A stretch of 60,733 nt of DNA from an uncultured virus (IMG/VR IMGVR_UViG_3300021958_000021) (IMGVR_UViG_3300021958_000021:124001-184733), one strand, 5' to 3'. Shown: positions 39,260 to 49,199, counted from the first letter of the stretch. Notes: generated by a model from the letters alone, not told the origin. Made by a program: numbers and translations.

Positions 39260-40480
39260 TCAAAGGTTTCCTCCGACCATTTTATGAATATCGCTCCAAT
39301 CCATTGTAGCGATTTCATCAACCGTGGGAACATTAATTGCACTATTTTCCTGTGCTTTGCGAATTTCTGCCTTTTCCGAAGTTAAGGCCTTTCTTAATTC
39401 GCTAAACTCATTCTTAAGAGAAGCAATTTCCGAAGCCGCATCATAGTTTTGCTTTGCAATAACATTTTCTCGGCTGTTCACTTCTTGAGCAAATCTATGC
39501 TCAAAAGACTTCTTGAGGTTATCGTAAGCCAAAGCCTCTAATTGCTCTTGGCGGAAAGCCTCATAAGCCTTCTCAATGTTTCCAACGCTCAAATCAAGCG
39601 TTTGCAATTCATTGTTTTGAAATGCCTTAACAACAGGCATATCGGAAGAAGTGGGGCGACCATTGTTAATAACGATTCTATCAGCAGGTTCACCGATTTG
39701 GTTTCCTGCACCGTCAAGGGTTCGGAGATAGGCTTTGTTTTCGGCCATAGACCTTTCATAGTCCCCTTCTTCCATTTCGTCCCCGTTATCGGCCCTTTCA
39801 GTTTCAGGCATTTCGGGCATTTCGGTGTCCATGTATTCGCCCGATTCAATGTCTTCTTCTTCTTCTTTTCTTAACGAATTGACTTCCTTCAAAAGTTCAT
39901 CCAATTCGCCTAATGCTTTTTCCAGTTTTTCTTGTGTCATAACATCACCTGTTTTTTCTTGTTTTAGTATGTCAAATCTCGCTTCGGGGTTAATTCCTTT
40001 TTCGCAGATGGTAATTTCATGCAACTCTAATTTGCTAATTTCGTTGTATTCTCCCATCCTTTCGTGGCTTTTCTTCACTTTTCTCAATGCTTGTCCACCA
40101 ATGCTAAAACTTCTTAACGAACCTTTGCGAATGCCTCTTCCTACTTCTTTTGCTTTTTCTATGTCGTCCCTTAATTTAATCACAACAAAGAATCCGACAT
40201 CATCTACTTCTGATTTCCATAATCTTCCGTTTTTATCTCGGTATGAATCTACTACTTCTCCCACTTGAACATTTGAATGATTTGTCATTACATTTCTGAA
40301 TCTTGGTTCTTCCATGAATTTTTTAACTGCGTCTTGTAAAGCATCTAATGTGATTAAATCATTTTGTTTATCCACGATTTCAATGCTCGCATATCCTCCA
40401 ATCATAAGGTCGTCGCCGCTTTTTAGAATGTTGAAATCATCATTCCTTTGCGCCACGATGCCCCCGTTCATGTGTTTCAA
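39260..40480 (-). CDS. Prohead protease (HK97 family) fused to a scaffolding domain
   Basis: GYAS...VDKQND, NHSN, RSFSIGG, EITIC..GINPEA; acidic/coiled-coil C-half. Confidence 0.92.
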   Translation of the reverse strand: MKHMNGGIVAQRNDDFNILKSGDDLMIGGYASIEIVDKQNDLITLDALQDAVKKFMEEPRFRNVMTNHSNVQVGEVVDSYRDKNGRLWKSEVDDVGFFVVIKLRDDIEKAKEVGRGIRKGSLRSFSIGGQALRKVKKSHERMGEYNEISKLELHEITICEKGINPEARFDILKQEKTGDVMTQEKLEKALGELDELLKEVNSLRKEEEEDIESGEYMDTEMPEMPETERADNGDEMEEGDYERSMAENKAYLRTLDGAGNQIGEPADRIVINNGRPTSSDMPVVKAFQNNELQTLDLSVGNIEKAYEAFRQEQLEALAYDNLKKSFEHRFAQEVNSRENVIAKQNYDAASEIASLKNEFSELRKALTSEKAEIRKAQENSAINVPTVDEIATMDWSDIHKMVGGNL

Positions 40481-40499
40481 CTCCCTCTTTTCTCTTCAA

Positions 40500-40507
40500 G
40501 TATATAA
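40500..40507 (-). promoter_or_regulatory. Candidate archaeal TATA box (TTATATAC) upstream of the protease/MCP genes
   Basis: In the intergenic gap between ligase and protease genes. Confidence 0.45.
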
Positions 40508-40517
40508 TGGACTCGCA

Positions 40518-43022
40518 TTATTTGGTCGGAAGGGGCAATTCATTATACCCGTCCTCATAAATATTCCACAAACCCTTGTCTTTGTCTTTATCTGCGGGAC
40601 TTTGTTTATATCCAGTCCAAGCAATCCACATTTTACCATCATTAGCAGGAACAACCCTAAAATGAATTTTAGTTTCAAATTTATTACCTTCTAAGAAATA
40701 TTCGTGGTAGCCTGACCTTTGAACACCTAACTTTATTTTTCCTTCATCAATCACTTTTTTCTTGTTAATATCCTTTGCGACCATAGCAGGATATTTTGTA
40801 GCCTTTCCGAATAAATTAAAAATGTCTTCATCTTCTTCTAAGTCAATGAACCAGTTAAGGGTTTCTTTCTTTAGTTTAATGACTAGATTTAAATTTTCAT
40901 CATCTCTTAAATAAATTTTAAATTCTCCCTCTTGATATTCTTCCGGAGTTTCATATTTTTTGATTTCCGCCATAATTTTATTCGGGTCATGCACAAACTT
41001 ATTATTTCTAAAGAGAACACCGTGGTCTTTTCCTCTATCTTCCAACCAATCTTTAAGTCTTGCCGATTTAGATTCTAACAAATCTTCATAGAGGTCTTTT
41101 GTGAATTTATTTCCAATTAAATACTTATGTAATTCTTGTGGAGTTTTGTCTCCTGTTTTCTTTAGATAATTAAAAATTGCTACAATAATTTTACTTTGCT
41201 TGGTTTTCATAATTTCTTCGGCCTGTGTTTTCCACATATCCAAATCAGCCAAAGCATTCTTTGACATTAAATTATGTTCTTCAAACCCATAAATAGTAAA
41301 ACCGTTCATGTCCCCTTTAATAATAACTGAGGCTTCACCGTGAATATGGTCTGTAATTTTAATTCCCTTTGTTAATGCCTCAACAGAATAATTTAATGAT
41401 TTCTTAGTATCTTTAGATAACATTTCTAAAGTTACGATTTTTTCAGGAGCATCCACTTCAGGGACTTCAATTACTTTTGCTGAAAAAACAGTATATTTTC
41501 CATTAGATTCCTTAACTTCATCTACCTTTACACGAACAATATCTCCAATGCTAACAGAGATTTTAGTGTTAAGTGCTTTTCCTACATTCATATATTTTTT
41601 ACCATTTAATTCTTGACCTTCCTCTTCATCATCAATTGGGCCAGCACCTAATGTATAGGAATATAATTTACTTTTTGTTTTCTTTTTATCCAAAACAATA
41701 AAATCTAAATCAACAAACTTTTTCCACTTAATCCATTTGGGATTCTTTTTAGTGCCTTGAAAATAAGTAGAAGTAGCATCTTTGATTACAACTCCTTCAG
41801 AAGTGGGCATTTCCATAATTATCTTTGCATATTCTTCAATATCCTTAAGACTATCAGCCATCCTAGTGTCTTTCTTAGAAGGAAAATTAAGAGCATCACT
41901 TGAATGAATTGAATAATTATTAAACATAGTGTTTAATCTTTGTTGAAGAGGCTCATCTAATAATGCTTTATCATTATGTCGCATAATGTCAAACATATGC
42001 GCTTTAAGTGTTGCTTCAGGATATTTATTTTTAAATACATGGGAAATTGTGTCGGCTCTATGTAAAGCCTCATCACCATCAAATAAAATCAATTCTCCGT
42101 CAAGAATACAATCTCCGAAATGTTTCTTTTTCATTTCATTTACAATCTCTTTACATTTATTAGTGATGTCTTTTTCATTATAAGAATACACCGTAACCTT
42201 TTTGTCAATTTTATGAATTTGTATTCTCATACCGTCATATTTTTCTTGAACGATATATTCTCCACTAAATCCTCTTAATTCATTCATATCCTCAATGTCA
42301 AAAATTCTATACATTGGTTTATTGGGGATAATAAAATCAGACTGAGATTTTTCTTCTTCGGACTTAGTTAAATCCACACCATCAATATCAACTAAATCGT
42401 CCCATTCTTCTTCTTGGTGCTTAGATGAATATAATAATTCTAAAAACTCAATGGCTGTCTTTACTTTCTTTTCAACTGCCTTTGAGTCTTTTCCGTCCCC
42501 ATATTGCTCAATAATATATAGGGCGATGTCCTCTTCTTGTAGGTCAAGTCCTTGAAGGCCGCCTGTAATATCGTCAGGTTCCATGTCTTTAATGTCGTAA
42601 ATGTCTGGAGATAGGGCTTTATTGTCTGAACGCATAGCATAATGAACGAATTTAATCATTAACTCTGGTGAGCCAAGTAATTCTTCAAGAACATTCCCTT
42701 TTAACTTTTTAGCGAAAGGGTCACTAACATAATCTGAAGCCATTCGCATATTCTTAATACCTTCATATACTTTTTCAGCCGTATTTGAAGTAGGGTCTGC
42801 CGCTTCTTTATTTTCTATGTCGTCCTTTTCAATAAAATTTTTTAATTCTTCTCCTAATTCACTTGAATTGTCATAAAGGTCTTGAATATCCTCAATTGAC
42901 TTACGCCAACGACCCCCGTATTCTTTGGGGTCTGTTCTTGCAGAAAGATATGCGACTCTTGTTTTTTCAAAGAGTCGCAATATTTCTTCCGAAGGACTGT
43001 CCTTCTCAATGAGATAAGCCAT
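40518..43022 (-). CDS. lig: ATP-dependent DNA ligase with N- and C-terminal extensions
   Basis: Motif I EKYDG, III LDGE, IIIa FDIM, IV EGVVIK, V WIKWK, followed by an OB domain. Confidence 0.92.
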   Translation of the reverse strand: MAYLIEKDSPSEEILRLFEKTRVAYLSARTDPKEYGGRWRKSIEDIQDLYDNSSELGEELKNFIEKDDIENKEAADPTSNTAEKVYEGIKNMRMASDYVSDPFAKKLKGNVLEELLGSPELMIKFVHYAMRSDNKALSPDIYDIKDMEPDDITGGLQGLDLQEEDIALYIIEQYGDGKDSKAVEKKVKTAIEFLELLYSSKHQEEEWDDLVDIDGVDLTKSEEEKSQSDFIIPNKPMYRIFDIEDMNELRGFSGEYIVQEKYDGMRIQIHKIDKKVTVYSYNEKDITNKCKEIVNEMKKKHFGDCILDGELILFDGDEALHRADTISHVFKNKYPEATLKAHMFDIMRHNDKALLDEPLQQRLNTMFNNYSIHSSDALNFPSKKDTRMADSLKDIEEYAKIIMEMPTSEGVVIKDATSTYFQGTKKNPKWIKWKKFVDLDFIVLDKKKTKSKLYSYTLGAGPIDDEEEGQELNGKKYMNVGKALNTKISVSIGDIVRVKVDEVKESNGKYTVFSAKVIEVPEVDAPEKIVTLEMLSKDTKKSLNYSVEALTKGIKITDHIHGEASVIIKGDMNGFTIYGFEEHNLMSKNALADLDMWKTQAEEIMKTKQSKIIVAIFNYLKKTGDKTPQELHKYLIGNKFTKDLYEDLLESKSARLKDWLEDRGKDHGVLFRNNKFVHDPNKIMAEIKKYETPEEYQEGEFKIYLRDDENLNLVIKLKKETLNWFIDLEEDEDIFNLFGKATKYPAMVAKDINKKKVIDEGKIKLGVQRSGYHEYFLEGNKFETKIHFRVVPANDGKMWIAWTGYKQSPADKDKDKGLWNIYEDGYNELPLPTK

Positions 43023-43026
43023 TCAA

Positions 43027-43413
43027 TCACAAACCATATGAAGAATTTACTAATTTTTTAACTTGGCTAACAATTTCTTTAAGGGGTTCAATATCCGGCA
43101 AGGTGTTTCTTTTCTCTGCTAAATTAATTGTAAGTTGGATTTCCATCTCAATTTTCCTCAAAAGTTCTCTTGAAACAGAAACCATTTTATCTTCCTTTTT
43201 TAAAGTCTCACCAGCCAAACCATACCCTTCTTTCTTTTGGGTTTGGTTTTTAATTTTTACATTTTGTGCCTTGGGTCGCTTAATTTTAACCACCTCTACT
43301 TTGTGGTCGTAAGGCATAATTTGTGTAGATTCATAAAGTGCGCTCTTGACTTCTCTTGCCTTCTTAATCGCCATAGCGATAATTACTTCTTCCTTTGTCA
43401 TCTTTTCGGGCAT
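43027..43413 (-). CDS. Hypothetical head-region protein
   Basis: Likely ATG at 43413 after GGAGG. Confidence 0.6.
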   Translation of the reverse strand: MPEKMTKEEVIIAMAIKKAREVKSALYESTQIMPYDHKVEVVKIKRPKAQNVKIKNQTQKKEGYGLAGETLKKEDKMVSVSRELLRKIEMEIQLTINLAEKRNTLPDIEPLKEIVSQVKKLVNSSYGL

Positions 43414-43414
43414 A

Positions 43415-43657
43415 TTATTGTCCTCCTGCTTTCTTAACCAATTCATGAATATCTGTCCAATCCATTTTAGCAATATCCCCTGCTTGAGACATTGGCGTTC
43501 CATTATTAATATGCGGAGTTGGAGTATTTGCTACAACAAAGCCCGACTTCATTAGCAGATTATCGTCATTATATACTGCTTTTTCCAATCTTTCAATCTT
43601 ATCTGTTAGAGCCTTAATAATCTCCAACAGGTCTTTGTTAATGTCCGAATCTGTCAT
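43415..43657 (-). CDS. Small scaffold-like protein sharing the scaffold C-terminal motif
   Basis: Ends DIAKMDWTDIHELV, compared with scaffold EIATMDWSDIHKMV. Confidence 0.65.
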   Translation of the reverse strand: MTDSDINKDLLEIIKALTDKIERLEKAVYNDDNLLMKSGFVVANTPTPHINNGTPMSQAGDIAKMDWTDIHELVKKAGGQ

Positions 43658-43658
43658 A

Positions 43659-44021
43659 TCAATCGCCTTTTTTTCTCTTTGGTTGTGGATAAATTAAATC
43701 TCTAATTTGACGATAGAGCAATTCATACTCCTTACGAAGTTTTGTAGCCGTGGCGACAATATCAAGGTTGCGCTCATCCATGCTTTTGACTTTCTTCGTT
43801 AATTTTTTATCAGCCTTAGTAAAGTCTAAATCTTCAATCATTCTAAGTAATTCACCTAATTTAGTGAAGTCTTGCCCAAAAAACTCGGTTGGCTCTGCTG
43901 CTTGCAGCGTCTTTTTCAAAGCCTTTTTTTGTTTTGGGTCAAGGGAATTAAGAATAGTTTCAGACTTCTTAGCCTTCTCTATTTTAATTTCTCTTCCGTC
44001 ATCATAAAAATCCCATGTCAT
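43659..44021 (-). CDS. Hypothetical head-region protein
   Basis: 120 aa ORF in the operon. Confidence 0.65.
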   Translation of the reverse strand: MTWDFYDDGREIKIEKAKKSETILNSLDPKQKKALKKTLQAAEPTEFFGQDFTKLGELLRMIEDLDFTKADKKLTKKVKSMDERNLDIVATATKLRKEYELLYRQIRDLIYPQPKRKKGD

Positions 44022-46171
44022 TCTTTTTCCTCCTTTGATTTTTCTTGAATGTCGCCGCCAAGAAGTCCCAACATACTCAGATATTTTTTAGTTTGCTTAT
44101 TTTTAAAAACTCTATTTATTTTTTTTCCTAATTTAGTATTAGGTGCAGACATAAGTAATCTACTTAAATATCTCTCGTTTTGTGCTATATCTCTGTCATC
44201 AAAAGTTTCTTTGTTGGGATTTTCAATATAATTCACTAGGTTTTCAAAGCCCGCATTGTCTAAAACTTTAGAGCCGCCGTCCCAAGTCGGTTCTTCTTCT
44301 AATCCTTTTTGGTTTAATTTTTCTAAAAGAGGAAGCAAATTTTTAGACAAATGTCTTCTAGCACTATACAGATATTCTTCAGAAGATAATGCTTCCGATA
44401 ACTTCCGACGCTTAATTCTTCCTCTTGTAAGTCTTGAATCAATAAATCCAGCAGAATCTAAAATCTCATTAATTTTCTCATAATACTTATCATATTTACG
44501 AGCGTTGTCTCCTAAATCATTATTTAGTTCTTCTTTTAATTCTTTAATTGCATCTACCAGAAGATTATCTTCTTTTTCACTAAAGTTCTGGTCATAATAA
44601 ATATTATAGTCTTTATCGTATGCTCTTGTTTTAACAAATCTTTCTAAAGATGCATCCGAAACTCCCATAATAGCATTGATAATATCCATTGTAATTATTT
44701 GTAAATTTTCATTAATTTTTAACTTGGTGATGAAATCGCTGAGTTTTTGTTCAACTTCTTCATAAACTTTGCCCTTATCTCCTAAATCTGCTAAATCTTT
44801 TTCTTGGGACTCAGTAAGGTTTAAATCTTTTAACATGTCTTCATATACTTCTAAAGTGGAAGCAAATAGATTATTGGGAACAATTTCTTTTTGTTTAGAA
44901 GTTTCTCCAATTTCAGTTTTTTTGTTGTTGTCTCCCCATTGAGAATATCCATACACCTTAAAATTATCTAAATCTTTAATGGCTTGAATCAACTTTTCTG
45001 ATAATTTGTATGCTAATTTAGAGTCTTTTTCGGAAACGCTTTTGTCATAATAAATATTTTGTAATACTTGAGAAATTCTTGCAATTGCTCCTCTATGTTC
45101 AGAATGAATCCAATCAAATTTATCCTTAACATTACTTTTTCCTCTTGCAGTTGAAACCTTTTTAGTATCTAAAATATTTCTAAAATATTCTCTAGAATCC
45201 CCTTCAAAGGATAGGAGCCTATTTGCTTCTGTAAGAGAATCTAATAATGGCTTATTTTCTTTCACTAATGATTTTAGTCTTCTAACATAGTTTGCACTTG
45301 TAACATTCTCAGTTAAATCCATAATTGAAAACTTTTTGGAATTTAAATCGTTTTCTTTTCTAGTCTTAATATTATCTAAAACTAATTTTGCGGTCTTACC
45401 TGTTCCGTCCCATCCTAGTGCTTTTAAATCTGCATCTAATTGGGTTTTATTAAATTGAGAAGGAGCCTTATCTTTTATTTCTGTTTTACCTTTCTCAGAA
45501 TCCTTAACATCTAATAATTGTCTAGTTGAGAAAAATAAACTTTGAAAGGCAACAAGGTTCTTATCTGTTGGGGACTTCAGGTAGTTTCTAAGAGCAGTTG
45601 TTCTTTGATTTTGCCTATAATTTACTTTTAATTCTTCTATTCTAGCCTTGATTTTTTTTCTTTTTTCATCATTTTCTTTAATATCATCTGTAATTTCTTT
45701 AGTTTTTTCATTTGCTTCCTTGCTTTGAGAAAGAGTTTTGCTTCTATTATTAGCCTGTATTTCTGATAATTTTGACCTCAATTCTTTTGCTCGTTGAGTA
45801 AGTTTATTTTTTTCTTCATCAGAAACCTTACCCGCCCTTAACTGCATATTAATATCTTTTAGTTCCTCATTTATTTTATCAGTAGGCTCATATTGAGTTT
45901 CTTTGCGCTTTTCTGCGGTCTTTAATTTAGCAAGCAATTTTTTATTTTTTTCAGTCAATTCCTCAATTTCTTTATTTAAAGGAATAAGTTTTCTTTTCAT
46001 GTAAGAATTTAATTCTTCATGTGAAACATTCATTAACCTAATTAATTTAACTACTGAATCTTCTTGTTTAGGCTTAGCCGCCTTCAATAAATCACTTTCT
46101 AGCGATTCCGCAAAGGTTTTAAGAAGATAATAAAAATCATCTTCCTTTTTAGCGATAATCGCTTTCCACAT
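44018..46171 (-). CDS. Large coiled-coil protein with W-tag-like N-terminus (MWKAIIAK)
   Basis: 717 aa, K/E-rich. Confidence 0.7.
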   Translation of the reverse strand: MWKAIIAKKEDDFYYLLKTFAESLESDLLKAAKPKQEDSVVKLIRLMNVSHEELNSYMKRKLIPLNKEIEELTEKNKKLLAKLKTAEKRKETQYEPTDKINEELKDINMQLRAGKVSDEEKNKLTQRAKELRSKLSEIQANNRSKTLSQSKEANEKTKEITDDIKENDEKRKKIKARIEELKVNYRQNQRTTALRNYLKSPTDKNLVAFQSLFFSTRQLLDVKDSEKGKTEIKDKAPSQFNKTQLDADLKALGWDGTGKTAKLVLDNIKTRKENDLNSKKFSIMDLTENVTSANYVRRLKSLVKENKPLLDSLTEANRLLSFEGDSREYFRNILDTKKVSTARGKSNVKDKFDWIHSEHRGAIARISQVLQNIYYDKSVSEKDSKLAYKLSEKLIQAIKDLDNFKVYGYSQWGDNNKKTEIGETSKQKEIVPNNLFASTLEVYEDMLKDLNLTESQEKDLADLGDKGKVYEEVEQKLSDFITKLKINENLQIITMDIINAIMGVSDASLERFVKTRAYDKDYNIYYDQNFSEKEDNLLVDAIKELKEELNNDLGDNARKYDKYYEKINEILDSAGFIDSRLTRGRIKRRKLSEALSSEEYLYSARRHLSKNLLPLLEKLNQKGLEEEPTWDGGSKVLDNAGFENLVNYIENPNKETFDDRDIAQNERYLSRLLMSAPNTKLGKKINRVFKNKQTKKYLSMLGLLGGDIQEKSKEEKE

Positions 46172-46180
46172 ATTTACACC

Positions 46181-46408
46181 TCAAAAGGGAATGTTTTCTT
46201 TCTTTCCTCTTCTTTTTTGTGGAGGAAGAATCACATCGGGAATATCTCTTGAAGAAAGACTCGCTTTATGTGTTGTATCGGGAGGCAATCCACCAACCGA
46301 AAAATCCCGACTTGGGCGTGTTTTTCTCATTTCATTTGCGTTCTGTGAGCGCACTTGTGCTAATTCTTTCTTCAACCTAATTTCTTTTTGTCTCGTATCT
46401 TCTGTCAT
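46181..46408 (-). CDS. Small basic hypothetical protein
   Basis: 75 aa with GGAG RBS. Confidence 0.6.
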   Translation of the reverse strand: MTEDTRQKEIRLKKELAQVRSQNANEMRKTRPSRDFSVGGLPPDTTHKASLSSRDIPDVILPPQKRRGKKENIPF

Positions 46409-46447
46409 ATTATCTTCTCCATCTTTAGAATGACCTTCATCTTCTGC

Positions 46448-46942
46448 CTATTCGTCTTTCAATAATTTAGCGGATTCTATATTAAAATAAAAGTCGCTGT
46501 TGTTAAACACTTGGTTTATTGCCATATCTGTTAATTTATCATACCTATATTTTGAAAATAATACTTCGGGATTTTCGCTGACTTCTTTTTCAAATTTATC
46601 TACTATCAAATCGTAAATTTTGTCTCTAATTTTTTCAGGGCTATTATTTTCAAGATTACTAATAATTTCTTTTTGTGCTTCTACCATTTTTGAATCTCCC
46701 CTTTGTTCGGCAAATTTGATTTTGTCCTTCATATTCCCAAGTATTTTATCATATTCTCTTTCTATCATTTGCAGGACTTGATTGGACATATAAGATTTTA
46801 ATGAACGAATTTTAGTTCCCCTTTGATTTTTTATTGTTTCTTTATTAGGGTCGCTGGTTTTTTTACCGTAGCCATAATTGGGGGTATTTACTGAATCATT
46901 ATTGTTTCTTTTTTTCTTAAGTATGGTAATCCAATCCATCAA
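46448..46942 (-). CDS. Hypothetical protein with W-x-x-ILK tag (MDWITILK)
   Basis: Coupled to the portal stop codon. Confidence 0.65.
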   Translation of the reverse strand: MMDWITILKKKRNNNDSVNTPNYGYGKKTSDPNKETIKNQRGTKIRSLKSYMSNQVLQMIEREYDKILGNMKDKIKFAEQRGDSKMVEAQKEIISNLENNSPEKIRDKIYDLIVDKFEKEVSENPEVLFSKYRYDKLTDMAINQVFNNSDFYFNIESAKLLKDE

Positions 46943-48582
46943 CCAACCCTCCTTTCACTTCTTCTATCTACATTTTGATTTCCAGCATCTTCAGGTAATC
47001 CCGTCATTCGCTTATCTGGCCCTACGCTCATTGAGGGTTTATTTCTTGTGGCTGGCGGATTCTCTTGTGGGGTAGTTTCTTGCCCCTGTAAAGCCTGTTC
47101 TTGCATTTGCCCTAATTGGGAAGCATCAATATTTGTTCCCGCATAGGGGTCTTTCTCAACCTGTCCTTCTTGTTGAGGTTGTTCCCCTTGAGGTTCGGGT
47201 TCGGGCTTTGAATAGGTAAATTGTCCGTCTTCATCCATGTCAATTTCAAATCCTAAATTCTTAATTGATGCTGCAATATTGACTTCAATTTCTCTTTTAC
47301 GAAGAACCGCAATTTCATCCTCTTCTTCACTTGGGGGCAGTTTTAAGTTCCAATCTGTAATACCAAATTGTTTTGTTAAAAAAGGAAATACATATTCATT
47401 ATAGACATTTTGGGCCATTTGAACGGCTCTGTTAGTTACGAGGATTTGCATACCTTCATTGTTTAATCCACCGCTTGTAGTGTTATCAGCCATGAATACT
47501 TTACTTACTCCATAGAATGCTGAAATTCTATCTCGCAAATCATCTTTAACAGATACATAATCCATTTCTTTTAGACTGTCCATGAATTTAATCCATTCAA
47601 CTGAACCTTTTCCATTATCTGCTTCAATACCCATAACAGGAATAAAATGGGGGTCTTTCTCCATCTTTTCTTTTACTGAACGCCAAAAGGCTCTCATTGA
47701 ATCCATGTTTCTAGTTTGAACCGCTAAAAGACCTCTCGGCATTCGGCTCTTAGTATAAGAAGAATTGACATAATTTTCCATAGCAATAAGAGTCATAATA
47801 TGGTTGTATAAAGTAATTACAGGGGAAAAACCATAAAGTCGGGAAGGGCTATATTTGCTAAAATGAAGCACTTCTCCTTCAATAAAATATTGTTCTTCAC
47901 CATTTGCACGATTAACATAATGCACAGGAAATAACTTACTATTGCAAGATTCGCAAGTTTCGTATGCTTCCGCAGAAATAAAATCTCTATGATTTACACA
48001 TGTAAAACCTTTTGTTCCTTTAACGCCATTTTCATCGGCATAAATAAACATAGTAACTGGGTCGCCACGATAAATTTCTTTAATACGATGCATTCTAATT
48101 TTTCCGTTTCCGTCTAAGAAATATTCCTTAACGAAAACAATATACGCATCATCCATTGTATTAAGGTCGTCTTCTAATTCCTTGAGAACATCAATAAATA
48201 ACTGTTCGGAAGGATTGATGTAGCCTTCAAGAAAATTTTCAGCATATTGAAGTTGTTTTTCATCTGGAATCCGTAAATTAGAAGAACCACATCTTGAACA
48301 TTCTGTTACCGCCATTTTATGTTTTTTCTTGCAATCATTACAATATGCTTCGTATGCCTTTTCCCAAACATAGCCTCTTCGGAAAATTTCTTGCTTTAAT
48401 TGAGTAATACAAGTCCTAACAATAACCGATTGCTGAACCATTGAATAAATGATTGGGGCGGTCATCATGTAGTTATTTTGCCGTTCTTGAATACCCATGT
48501 TAAAAATATTCCTATCGGCAGGTTTAGGCGTTGAACGCCTAAATAAGTTGGTGAAGGAAAAACGCCGCTTTTGTTCTACCAT
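46939..48582 (-). CDS. Portal protein with two zinc-ribbon insertions
   Basis: EVLHF...YGFSPV, PRGLL, ISAFYGVS portal motifs; CNDC..CSRC and CVNH..CESC. Confidence 0.88.
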   Translation of the reverse strand: MVEQKRRFSFTNLFRRSTPKPADRNIFNMGIQERQNNYMMTAPIIYSMVQQSVIVRTCITQLKQEIFRRGYVWEKAYEAYCNDCKKKHKMAVTECSRCGSSNLRIPDEKQLQYAENFLEGYINPSEQLFIDVLKELEDDLNTMDDAYIVFVKEYFLDGNGKIRMHRIKEIYRGDPVTMFIYADENGVKGTKGFTCVNHRDFISAEAYETCESCNSKLFPVHYVNRANGEEQYFIEGEVLHFSKYSPSRLYGFSPVITLYNHIMTLIAMENYVNSSYTKSRMPRGLLAVQTRNMDSMRAFWRSVKEKMEKDPHFIPVMGIEADNGKGSVEWIKFMDSLKEMDYVSVKDDLRDRISAFYGVSKVFMADNTTSGGLNNEGMQILVTNRAVQMAQNVYNEYVFPFLTKQFGITDWNLKLPPSEEEDEIAVLRKREIEVNIAASIKNLGFEIDMDEDGQFTYSKPEPEPQGEQPQQEGQVEKDPYAGTNIDASQLGQMQEQALQGQETTPQENPPATRNKPSMSVGPDKRMTGLPEDAGNQNVDRRSERRVG

Positions 48583-48614
48583 GCTAACGCCCCCTGTGTC
48601 TTTGAGTTTCTATC

Positions 48615-49022
48615 TCACTTAAGAATATGCCTATCATCATACTTAAGAGAAGCGAACCATGCCTTTCTAACGCCTTCGCATCTTTCTAAGTCTTTTAAAA
48701 TTTCTTGCGCTCTAAGAACATAAGGGTTTATTTTTTTATTTTTAGGAGTAGGGATGTTTTCCCCATATTTTTTTCTTTTTGAAATTTGCATCAAATACTT
48801 TCTAATAATTTCGCAAGGAGGATTATCCTGTTTTAACTCATTTAATGCTCCCTTAAAATTTTTTACCCTTCCGCCCTTACTTTCATAATAGCCAATAATA
48901 TCTTCTAGTAATTCAATAGTTTCTCCATGTGCCTTTTTACAACAAAAATCCTTTAAAGCATCTTCGTCTGTTTGGGCAACCTTTTGTTTTGACTGTTCTT
49001 GTTCTTCCAATAGGTTTTTCAT
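48615..49022 (-). CDS. Cys-containing hypothetical protein with C-terminal WFASLK
   Basis: 135 aa with GGAGG RBS. Confidence 0.6.
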   Translation of the reverse strand: MKNLLEEQEQSKQKVAQTDEDALKDFCCKKAHGETIELLEDIIGYYESKGGRVKNFKGALNELKQDNPPCEIIRKYLMQISKRKKYGENIPTPKNKKINPYVLRAQEILKDLERCEGVRKAWFASLKYDDRHILK

Positions 49023-49034
49023 TTCTTTTCCTCC

Positions 49035-49199
49035 TTAGTATGGCTTTGTCCAAAGTTTCGCTTCATCAGTAATACAGGTAAAACATCTATCTGATATTTT
49101 TGGGGTTCTACATTTTCTGCAAACGGTAGCAAATCTAATTTTCTTTGGTAGTTTTGTTCTTACCTTGTGCTTAAAAACATCGTAGTGTTGGCGAGGCAT
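49035..49199 (-). CDS. Small basic zinc-finger protein (54 aa, not in ORF track)
   Basis: MPRQHYDVFKHKVRTKLPKKIRFATVCRKCRTPKISDRCFTCITDEAKLWTKPY; TGATG-coupled to the upstream gene. Confidence 0.7.
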   Translation of the reverse strand: MPRQHYDVFKHKVRTKLPKKIRFATVCRKCRTPKISDRCFTCITDEAKLWTKPY

